Source: a virus (lineage: Duplodnaviria > Heunggongvirae > Uroviricota > Caudoviricetes). Taken from it: DNA of 64,000 bases. Positions 1-9,306 of this stretch are shown here, piece after piece (position 1 is the first letter of the stretch; each line of letters starts with the position of its first letter). The position numbers and the translations under genes were made by a program. The stretch is from IMG/VR virus record IMGVR_UViG_3300029590_000324. One strand, 5' to 3'. The notes under the pieces were generated by a model. That model had not been told where the DNA came from, searched no databases, and was given only the letters and a program-made list of their open reading frames with translations.

Positions 1-3000
1 TTCTCCGCCGGTTGCCTCGGTTATAGGAACGATACCCTTTTTGCGAGCCCTTTGCTGCCTCATGTAGTCTGCGAAAGAGCCGGTAAATGTTCCGCTTTCA
101 AGCGCCTTTTGATAGTCAGACTTATGCTTATCATGTTCAGCCTTTGTGGTTGCATTGACTTTGTGACCCAGACCCTCAACAGGCTCGCCGTTGATCGTGA
201 CAAGCTTCTTTGTAATCTTACCCGTCTTGGGGTCGGCAACGAGGTTATATCCTCCGACAGTATTGCCCTTAGCTTTATTGTCGTCGCTCTTACTATCGGC
301 ATTTTGCTTTTCGGCATTGTCGTTAGACTTTTTCATCTCTTCCGTGAGAGCTTCGGTAGCTTGGGTGTTCGTTTTTATTGCCTCGCCATCATAAGCCGCA
401 CCTTGGAGCTGGTTGATGTCATAGCCCTGCAATAAGAGCTGAGTAAGTATCTCCGCACCCTTTTTGTAGAGTTCAGCGCTGTCCTCGTGAGCCTTCTGAG
501 CAGCAGCGTCCGCTTCGTCAACGGTTGTATAGTCGCCGCCCATGAAGATATCCATATTCTCAAGCTTGATACCCTTAGCCAACTGGCTTATGAGATAATT
601 ATACAGGTCGTCCTCATAGGTTTCGCTGTTAAGATCAACTACGGATTTTCCGTCGGGCTTAAAGGGAGATACATTAAACGCTCCATCGGGGTGCTGGTCA
701 GCCTTTTGCCAGAGGCTTTCGGAAATAGCCCAGATGTCCTCGCTTATTATTTTGCCTTGCTTTTCTTGACTGACAAGATATTGCTCGAACAAGTCAGCGA
801 GATCGCTGTATGTCAATGTCGAGCCGTAAATAGTACCGTAATTACCCTCGGTATCATGTACAACCGATGTCCTGTGGTTAATATCTACATTGCCCTCGTG
901 TCCCTTTTCGCCATAGTTGGAAGGAACCTTTTGAAGCTCTGCATAGAACGCATTCCACTCAGCAATGAGTTTTGTCACCTCGTCACTTTGAGGCGCAGCG
1001 GCATTGCTCGATTTAGTGGTCTCTGCAGCTGTAGAATTACTGCTGTTCAGGTCAAGCCCAATGTTCTTGGCAGCCTCTTCCGTAGTACGGTTGTTCTCTT
1101 CCGCCAATTCATCGACCATTCTTTGAGCATCGGAAGTGGTAAGCGTGTCGTCGGGAACATCTACGCCGGCAGCGGAAGCCTGAGATTGACTGAAAGACAT
1201 CTTCTTGTTCAAAGCTTCGAGCGCTGTTGTACCATCGGCGCTGGACAAAAGCTGGGCTATAAAGTCAGGATCAAGATTGTATTGCTGTGCTAAGAGCGCC
1301 GTCAGAACCCTTGTCAGATTGTTGATAGGCGTCTCGATTTGCTTGATTTGTTTTTCACGTTCCTCGATCTCGGTCTGGATAGACTCGTCACGGGCTTCTT
1401 TTTCTTTTTCAAGGGCGTCGATCTGCTTTTCAATAGCATCTGTTACGGAGTCCTGCTTTGCGTCCTCGTATTCCTTTTTAGCCTGTTCATACTCTTCACT
1501 GTCTGCCTGAGCTTCCCAGCCGTGATTGGTCAGTACGATATACTTTTTAACACTTGCTTTTTGCATCGCAAGATACTTGTCTTGTATGTCGTTTGCCTTT
1601 TCACGTTCTTTGTTCTGCTCTTCGAGCTTCTCTTTTTCCTTGTTCAGAGCCTTGATGCGCTTGTCCATCATCTTGTCGTATTCGTCTTGGACATCGTTCA
1701 ATGCGTCGATCTCGTCCTGATAAGGCTGGGTCTGCAACTCGGACATTGCGTCTAAGCCGTCTATCTGTTTCTGAATTTCACTCTTGTAGGCTTCAAGGAT
1801 GTCTTTTTGTGTCTGCAAATCTTCCTTTGCAAATTCTTTCTTGTCCTTGTAATACTTTTCCCAGAGCTTAGTGTATTCGTCAATATAGTCGTCAGATGAG
1901 ATAAGTCCGGCTTCAAGCTGATTGTCGAGCTGCTCTTTTTCGTACTCAAATGCCGATGTTACGTAACTCTTCTGTTGTTCAAGAGCATCTTGAAGTGCGC
2001 CGGTCAACTGTTTAGAATTGCCAAGCAGGGCTTCCGAGAGATAGGGAGCCATAGCTGCTAAATCAGTAGCATCCCATGTGCCTGTTTCTATGCCCTTTTG
2101 AATTGATTGAGCAACTGCATTGGGAAGTTCTTGACCTTCAAATACTTCTTTGATATCATCAATGATGCTTGGATCGATTATTTTACCAAAATCAATAGAG
2201 CTTTGAATTCTGGAAGTAATGTCACTGAATGCGTCTCCTGCGAGCTTTTCAATTTCACGAAGATTAGCTTCATACTGTTTCTTACCATCTTCTGTATTGC
2301 CAATCTTTGTACCCGGAGCGTAATACTGTTCATTGAGAGCAGCAAATTGCTTTTGATATTCAAGGGCACTTATCTGCAGGTCTTCACGAGCATTGTCAAT
2401 GATAAGTTTTGCGTCATCAAAGTTTTCCTGAAGCCGAGTGAGCTTAGCATTATATATTTCCTCTTCGCCACTGTCGATCAGATCTTGAGCTTCTGAATCA
2501 TTAGATGCTGCTGTATTCTTTAAAGTGGTGACAGCCGCTGCAAAACCTTGGTCATATGTTTCTTGGTTTATTTCACCCGTAGCTAATTGATGTTTGAGAT
2601 CCTTTACCGTCTTATTGAACTTATTAACAGCATCAGAAGATTTGAACGATTCAATAATGGATTTTAAAATCTCATCTAAGAACGTCAATTCTTCTTTACT
2701 ATCTTCTATAGCATCTCCTGTGGCATTTATTCCATTTTCAAATTTGCCCATTCGCATAGCGGCTTCTTCAAGTTGTTTTGTTGTATATTTTCCACTCGCT
2801 TGCATATCAGAAAGAATCTGAGCAGAGTTTTTTCCTTCACTATTTGCTCCGCCAAGCTTTTCTTTAAGGGCTTTAAGTTTTGTCTCGAATACTTCTTGAG
2901 CAGATGAAAGCTTATCAGTAGTGTTTTTCAGTGCTTTATACGCATTGTCCAGTCCGCTGGTTTTCTTTATCATTTCAGATAGAGTAGCGTTATCCAGATC

Positions 3001-5661
3001 GTTTAATACTATTTTCCCGTTATTAACACTGAGATACTTCTGCCAATCAGGAACTTGCTGCATAAAATCAAGGGCGGTAGTTAGATCAAGTTCGTTATAT
3101 GCAGCCATTTGATTACGCATTTCAAGTATTTTACTTGTTATAGTCTCAAATTTATTTGCCGCACTATCAAGTATAGACACCCAGTTCTGAGTAGAGTTTT
3201 CCAGTTGTTCGAGCAAGAATTGGTATTGAGCTGTTTCGGCATTTATATCTTTGATTTTATTTTTTCTGTCGTCAATCTTAGCGTTGATTTGCTCATTCTG
3301 TTCGATGATCTTTTCATATTTATCAATATTCTCGGTAGCTTGTTTTATGCCTACTTCATCGTTTAAAGAAGTGTATTTACTAAGTTTGCTTTCCCAGAAT
3401 GTCAACATTTTCTCGGGATCATCAGTTGTATATAAATTATTTTGAAGTTCAGCTATTTCTTCTTTGATTTTTGTTTCTTCTTTTTTGTTTGCCTTTATTT
3501 CATCTGAAATATCTTTTCTTTCGGAAGAAACAAACTTTTCTCTTGCCTCAGCCATTTTATCATATGCTATAACATATCCATTGGCTGTTTTTTCAACTGA
3601 ACTTAAAAGATCAGGAGAAAGTGAGAGTATTTCATTTATTTCGCTGTTATCCATCGTTTCGCCGGTCATCATTTTTGACATAGCTGTATCGAATTTATCA
3701 ACTTTGTCTCTTGTAGTATCCATTTGCTCTACAAGTACAGAGAACGATTTGGTTACAGCGTCAGTGTCGCTGGCTGTTGTAGATTCAATAATACCGAGAT
3801 CTGCAAATGCCGAAATGATACCATCTATCGTAGTACCGTATGTCTCTTGTGCGACAGCTAAAAAGTCAGTAAGACCATTTTCAGCATTGTTTAGGTAAGC
3901 TTTTGCTTCTACGTCTGTCTTACCATTAAATGCTTCAGATATAGTTCCCCACTTTCCGTTATTGCTAATGCCGGCAGTAATCGCATCCCGAAGTTTTCGT
4001 TCAGATATATCTTGGTCAAATGCGCTAAACATCTCGTTGAAATAATCGGCAACATTCTGATGATTTGCAGCTTCTTCGATGTCTAAAATTCCATCTTTTA
4101 ATTTACTTAAGCTTTCAATTTCCTTATTTATTTCATCAGTATCACCGGAGACAACAGCTTCATTGTAATCATCGATGGCTTGCTGAATTTTGAGATAATA
4201 ATTGTAGGCATCATCATTTGCGATAATTCGCTCTTTTGCACTACTCTCATAAACTTCTTTGCTTGATTTATAATCTTCGGATTCTGCTAAACCTCGTCTG
4301 CGTTCTGAAAGTTTATTTCTCCACTTGGCAGCTTCTTTATCATTGGCCTCGAAGTTATCGTTGATGTATTGAATCAATGAATCATAAATTTCAATCATTT
4401 CTTCATATGTAACATCATTAAATGTTGTAGTTCGAGTTATTAGATCACGCTGTCCGCCAAGTTTCTCAGCTTCTTGACGTAATTCTTTCTTTACGTCTGA
4501 ATTTGTAGAAAATGCTTCTGTAAAACCTGCAAGAGAAAATTTTGACATTGCACCCTTTGATAGAGGTGCATTCCAGCCGGTTGTATTTGTCTGTGTAAGA
4601 TATTTCTCAGCAGCTTCTTCTCCTGCGTATCCTCCGTTATTTAACATTTCCTGAGCTTTAAGCTTTTGGATTTCTCTAAGCTTAGCAATTTCTTCGTCAC
4701 GCTTACCATTAACAAGATCAATTCCTGCAGCTTCTTCTCCGTAGGTGTCATATAAATCATTCTGAATTTCCAGAAGGTCTTTTTTCTTATCATAAGCTTC
4801 TGAATCGGTTAAAGTCCCAGACTCTATAGCATCTTTGAGTTCTTTTATTTTATCTATGTTGTCATTGATGGAATCATTTTCAGTATTAAAAGCATCAGCA
4901 AGTTCGTTTGCCTTTTTGATTGCGTCTTTCTCAGAGTTTATCCACGCAGCAAGCGCAGAAATTCCCGCCTGAACAATCAAACTGATTCCAAACGATAGAG
5001 CAATATTTGCAGCTGTCATAGCCGCTGCCTCTACTGTTTTGGCGGCAGCGGTAGCACGAGCCTGATGTTCATAGATTTTACCGGACTTGGCACCGAGTGT
5101 TTGTTTTTGCGCAAAATCTGCTATGCCGGTATTTACGGTTCGTATAGAATTATCGAACTCACGATATGCTTTCTGGGCACTCTCAACGGTTTTTTTATTA
5201 TCTTCTACAGCCTTCTTAGCCTGTTCGTAGGCATTGTTATCGAGAGACGGCTTAAACAGCCCCAGATTATTTTCTGATTCTTTCAGAACTGCCTGCGCAT
5301 CGTCTATTTTACCCTTAAGCTCAATATAGCGGTCAAATATCTTTTGAATATTGGTATTGTTCTGAGCATAATCAATATAGGTAGAGCCAATATATTTTTG
5401 ATATCCTTCTTCGGAAACTGCCTTGTTGCCGGCAACGCATGTTGCAAGGTAAGCGTTTACGGAATCAGTTGCTTCGTTTGTGCCTTCTGCAATGCTTTTC
5501 CAATATTTATATGAGTCAGAAGAAAAGTCTTTAATTTTCTCCTTAGCTTTGTCAAGTTTAGTTTTGATCTCTTTTTCATCAAGAATAATATCAAATATAT
5601 TATCTTTATTTTTCCATCGTTCTTTTAATTGCTTAATAACCGAAGCAGGTTGGAATATATT
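1..5661 (-). CDS. Tape measure protein, exon 2 (1887 codons, open to window edge)
   Basis: The frame starting at 5661 reads NIFQPASVIKQLKERW...AAMTAANIALSFGISLIVQAGISALAAW...YDTYGEEAAGIDLVNGK... I translated several parts by hand and found no stop. The ORF track lists no terminated ORF in this frame, consistent with it running off position 1. Coiled-coil, Ala/Lys/Glu-rich, like a TMP. Confidence 0.9.
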
Positions 5662-5712
5662 CAATCTGTTATCATAGTAAAATAATTGTGAGAAATTATT
5701 TTACTTAAAGTG

Positions 5713-5741
5713 TTGACAAAAAGCCTCTTCAGTGTTATGAT
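5713..5741 (+). promoter_or_regulatory. SigA-type promoter for the antisense cargo operon inside the intron
   Basis: TTGACA (5713-5718), 17-bp spacer, TG-n-TATGAT (5733-5741); GGGAGGGG RBS before ATG 5762. Confidence 0.8.
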
Positions 5742-5761
5742 TTATAATGGGAGGGGATAAT

Positions 5762-6214
5762 ATGGAAATATTTAAAGCAGAATATCAAATATGCCCAAGG
5801 TGTTTAAAGTATCATTCTTTAGGTGCTTATAAAAGATGTATTTATTGTCGTTATGAACATTTGATCACTTATACATTTGAAGCACCTCGTAATGATAGCT
5901 GGTCGAGCAAAGAAGATGCAGACGGTCATGCTAATTCCGATGCTCTCTACGGAAACCCTGAGTTCTCCGAAAAGCTCTACAAGCGCCGTCTGAGAGACGA
6001 ACACGCTATCGAAATGCGCCACTTAGAATTACAGCGCAGTCAGATTGCCGAGCAGAAAAAGGGCACGTCTGTTCCCAAATGCCCTACCTGTGGAAGTACG
6101 AATGTAGAAAAAATATCCACAGCTCAAAAAGCTATTGGTTTTGCTTTGGTTGGATTGTTTAGTAGTAACTTGGGTAAGACTATGCACTGTAAGGATTGCG
6201 GATATAAGTGGTAG
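5762..6214 (+). CDS. Zinc-ribbon protein with a short hydrophobic segment (intron cargo)
   Basis: CxxC pairs (CPRC, CIYC, CPTC, CKDC); C-terminal PKCPTCGSTNVEKIS...IGFALVGLFSS...CKDCGYKW; good RBS. Confidence 0.75.
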   Translation: MEIFKAEYQICPRCLKYHSLGAYKRCIYCRYEHLITYTFEAPRNDSWSSKEDADGHANSDALYGNPEFSEKLYKRRLRDEHAIEMRHLELQRSQIAEQKKGTSVPKCPTCGSTNVEKISTAQKAIGFALVGLFSSNLGKTMHCKDCGYKW

Positions 6215-6239
6215 TGATTCGGAAAAGGAGAGAACCGTT

Positions 6240-8045
6240 ATGAATTCAAGTAATGATTTCAAATTTAATTCATTAAATATTACTCCTATTCCTATATCTG
6301 ATTTTATTTTATTACCAATGAACATATTTATCACAGATGAAGAAGGAAATCGTGTTAAAAAAGTAACCTCTATTTATGAAGCAAAATTCAAACGTTTGGG
6401 ATATTTTGAAGATTTAAACGCTTATGAAATTATAAAACAAATTAAAAATTTTTTTAAAGCTCCTTCAAAAGAACTATTTAAACAGATATGTACTTTTTTA
6501 TGCGTAAAGGAAACGAATGTGCTATATGAAAATATTGTGCAGATCTATGAGCATATTCACGCATTTAGATCGACTGATGAAAATCGGAAAAACATTATGT
6601 TTGTCAATAGTTTCCTTAAAGAAATGACAGCTTCTTACGTCAACGATCAAGAGTGTATGTTCGCACAATCTAATGAAACAGATGAAATATTTCCAGAAAT
6701 TCCTATATTTCTAAATGAAAATAAGTGGGATCTGCATATTGCACCAATATACAACAACGGTATTATTCTTTTTTACACTATGTATAAATGTTCTAAATGC
6801 GAAAAAGAAAATTTTAATTTTATCTCAGTCAAATATACCTTTGTGCCTGATTTCGTTGCGATTATAAACGAACTTAAAAAAACATCTTGCGATTGTAAAA
6901 CACATTTTTCACTTAATGGAATTCGTGGAATTAGTTATCATTTTTTCCCTGATAAAACATTGCGATATAATTTTCGACACAATGTAGACGATTCAAATCG
7001 AATCACCTTTAAATATAAAGGACGAACAGCTCGTATTTTTAGTTCAAAATCTCAAAATGATTTATTAAGCGCAAAGATTTGTCTTAACGCTAACTTAAAA
7101 ATAAAAAATACCTTGCCTGAATGGATAGATAATTTTCATAAAATTAAAGCAGATTCTAACAAGTTAGAAATAACAACACAGAAAGTTTCCAAGGACTCAG
7201 AGCCTATAGAATCTACCCCAGAGATTGATGTTAAACTCGGAGATGTATTCTATTCAAAAAATAAATCCATCTGTAATCATCATTTCTATAGGGTAATAAG
7301 TGTTGAATCATACGAAGTAGATATACAATGCACAGAATGCGAACAGAAAAGGCATATTTTCAAATCAACATTGATAGAAAATTACAAGTTTGCCTATCAC
7401 AGCGATTTTATTGATTCAACAAAATCTTCTCAGAAAAAGATCGAATCTTCGCCAAGTCTATCAATGCAAAAAAAGAAGATATCCGTTGTTGATGTAATTG
7501 TGTTAAGCACTTCGAAAAAATGCTCAGAATTTAATCACACGATTGTTGATTACATTGGAATATTACCCGTGTATCACAACGATCAATGCAAGAATCTTGA
7601 AATTAATATTGGCTATTGTAAGCAGTGTAATAAATATATTATGCTTACATCCGATTATATCAAAATTAACGGGTCTCCAATTTGTGAAGTCAGGGACCAA
7701 ATCACTGGTAAAATATATAATAAAGGTTATAATATATACGACTCTAATTCCACCGAATCAGTACTTCATTCATATGGATATAATGTACGAGCTGGGAATG
7801 GACTTTCATCGATAGATCGTAGAAATATTCTACTTAACATACTTAAAAATGGTGTGTGTTCTAAGAGTGAAATTATTTCCCATTTAGATTATTGCATCAA
7901 TATGGCTTCCGGAAAGAGTAATATGAGCGTTGCCATTCATAAATGGAAATCGGATTTGCAATTTATTCGTGAATACAAGATCAATGCCGAAAAAGTAGCC
8001 ATTGGATCCATTACCCTGAAATATAATAAAATCAAACACCGCTGA
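6240..8045 (+). CDS. ~600-aa Cys-rich hypothetical protein (intron cargo)
   Basis: AAGGAG RBS before ATG 6240; several CxxC motifs; AT-rich. I see no LAGLIDADG, GIY-YIG, HNH or EDxHD motif. Confidence 0.75.
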   Translation: MNSSNDFKFNSLNITPIPISDFILLPMNIFITDEEGNRVKKVTSIYEAKFKRLGYFEDLNAYEIIKQIKNFFKAPSKELFKQICTFLCVKETNVLYENIVQIYEHIHAFRSTDENRKNIMFVNSFLKEMTASYVNDQECMFAQSNETDEIFPEIPIFLNENKWDLHIAPIYNNGIILFYTMYKCSKCEKENFNFISVKYTFVPDFVAIINELKKTSCDCKTHFSLNGIRGISYHFFPDKTLRYNFRHNVDDSNRITFKYKGRTARIFSSKSQNDLLSAKICLNANLKIKNTLPEWIDNFHKIKADSNKLEITTQKVSKDSEPIESTPEIDVKLGDVFYSKNKSICNHHFYRVISVESYEVDIQCTECEQKRHIFKSTLIENYKFAYHSDFIDSTKSSQKKIESSPSLSMQKKKISVVDVIVLSTSKKCSEFNHTIVDYIGILPVYHNDQCKNLEINIGYCKQCNKYIMLTSDYIKINGSPICEVRDQITGKIYNKGYNIYDSNSTESVLHSYGYNVRAGNGLSSIDRRNILLNILKNGVCSKSEIISHLDYCINMASGKSNMSVAIHKWKSDLQFIREYKINAEKVAIGSITLKYNKIKHR

Positions 8046-8058
8046 AACTTATAGATGT

Positions 8059-8259
8059 TTAAATGTTGTCCCAATCTATTTTGTTGGCAGATAGAATAAC
8101 ATTGTTCTTACATTGTTTATCTTTTACCATACCACGCACAACATCTATAATTGTTTCGGCTTCACCGTAGGTTATATTATTGTCGTGAAATAAATTTATT
8201 ATATCCATAGGCATATCAAGGATTTGCCTGTTATGAAGAAGAAATTATTCTGTAATCAT
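8059..8259 (-). pseudogene. Small cargo gene with premature TAA at codon 5
   Basis: RBS AGGTGGTG, then MITE*FLLHNRQILDMPMDIINLFHDNNITYGEAETIIDVVRGMVK...DWDNI*. Confidence 0.5.
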
Positions 8260-8263
8260 TTTA

Positions 8264-8470
8264 TCACCACCTTAAATACAGAAAAAGGAAGATAATTTTT
8301 AAAAGGATAAATCCAATAATAAATGAAGTAATAGCAATTATTAAAATCTCTCGTAGATTGATTTCCTTTTTTTCAAATTCCACAATCTTTATTGGATCTG
8401 GAGTTGGTGGAGATATGGCTGTAATATAATTACTGTTTTCTTTCGTCAATACGACTCTTTTTTTACTCAT
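8264..8470 (-). CDS. Small single-TM membrane protein (intron cargo)
   Basis: 68 aa with C-terminal hydrophobic helix ILIIAITSFIIGFILLKIIFLFLYL; AAGGA RBS. Confidence 0.6.
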   Translation of the reverse strand: MSKKRVVLTKENSNYITAISPPTPDPIKIVEFEKKEINLREILIIAITSFIIGFILLKIIFLFLYLRW

Positions 8471-8556
8471 TGATTAATTCCTTTCTTTTATTAATATTAT
8501 AAAATGATATAACACATATCAAATAATATGATGATTGTAAATATCAATGGTAAAGA

Positions 8557-8838
8557 TTACTCTTCTTGCACCATTGAAAAATTCTCATTTTCAATATCCC
8601 ACGAATATTCTACACCGAAGTTAAAGGGATGTGGGTAAATTATTGTACTTCCACCATTCTTAACTATTTCATTTAACTTTTCTTTATCCCAATCAAGATA
8701 AAAGCGTTTCACGTTTTCCAAATGTTTACCATTGACAGTAATGGAAAATGGTGTCTCATAATTTGTAATATCAGGGTTGGTTTCAATGATAATCTTTAAT
8801 GGTTTCTCGTTAATAACCATATTATCTTTTTCAATCAT
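8557..8838 (-). CDS. Hypothetical protein (intron cargo)
   Basis: 93-aa ORF with GAAAGGA RBS, downstream of a candidate promoter at 8900-8872. Confidence 0.65.
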   Translation of the reverse strand: MIEKDNMVINEKPLKIIIETNPDITNYETPFSITVNGKHLENVKRFYLDWDKEKLNEIVKNGGSTIIYPHPFNFGVEYSWDIENENFSMVQEE

Positions 8839-8871
8839 ATTATATTTTCCTTTCTTGGAGTGATTTCTACG

Positions 8872-8907
8872 AAATTAACATATTTAAGGTAAAATGTCAA
8901 GACATTT
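8872..8907 (-). promoter_or_regulatory. Candidate SigA promoter for the sense cargo genes, -35 inside a palindrome
   Basis: Minus strand TTGACA (8900-8895), 17 bp, TG-n-TAATTT; the -35 lies within AAATGTC-nn-GACATTT (8892-8907). Confidence 0.5.
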
Positions 8908-9306
8908 CTCTATCTTTTACGTTGATAGATAACGTTGATAACTCCATACTACTTCTGAAAGTGTCTTTACACTTGAGCATGGACGTTCTTGCGAACGAGA
9001 TTGGACTGTCTCTCAGACAAGTATCCAACGAACAGATTACTTGCCAACCGACTTACAGTCTCTGAACCGACCGCAGAAGGTCTCACCCTTCAATTTTTAT
9101 CCTTATGGACTTAGCGGTTTGGCTGCTGATTTCACATTATTAACCCCGTTAGCTTTTGGCATAGGGGAGCCGTTCTGTTTTTTCTGAGTTTCCTCACCAT
9201 GACGAATGCCTTTTCAAGCTGCGCTTTGGTAGAACGGCGTTAGTGATTTCCAGCAATTTTCCGGTTTGTGCATTTGCTCAGTTACCTGAACAAAGGGCAT
9301 ATTAAT

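Larger units (their letters stand above)
5662..9306 (-). mobile_element. Group I self-splicing intron (3645 nt) in the tape measure gene, with cargo genes in its 3' peripheral region
   Basis: Minus-strand core motifs in order: P AAUUGCUGGAA (9258-9248), Q AAUCAGCAGCC (9131-9121), R GUUCAGAGACUGUA (9067-9054), S GAGAGACAGUCC (9014-9003). P1: exon GGU pairs with GCC (U.G at the splice site). P2 hairpin UUUGUUCAG-GUAA-CUGAGCAAA. P9.0 AAUCU (9002-8998) pairs with AGAUU directly before the terminal G at 5662. Splicing joins ...ADGILG|NIFQPA... in frame. Confidence 0.9.

Noticed and set aside
52..5677. Numerous plus-strand ORFs (e.g. 487-1293, 1339-1755) and similar ones over other minus-strand genes
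   Set aside because: Shadow ORFs antisense to real genes, with no RBS and hydrophobic mirror composition.
6240..8045. Homing endonuclease or IStron transposase in the TMP intron
   Set aside because: No LAGLIDADG, GIY-YIG, HNH, EDxHD, TnpA or TnpB/RuvC motif recognised, and the ORF is antisense to the intron. A remote nuclease fold cannot be excluded without a profile search.
5662..9306. Stop-codon reassignment, frameshift or assembly error as the cause of the split TMP
   Set aside because: Other genes are intact in code 11, the gap holds opposite-strand genes, and group I motifs predict both splice sites with an in-frame join.
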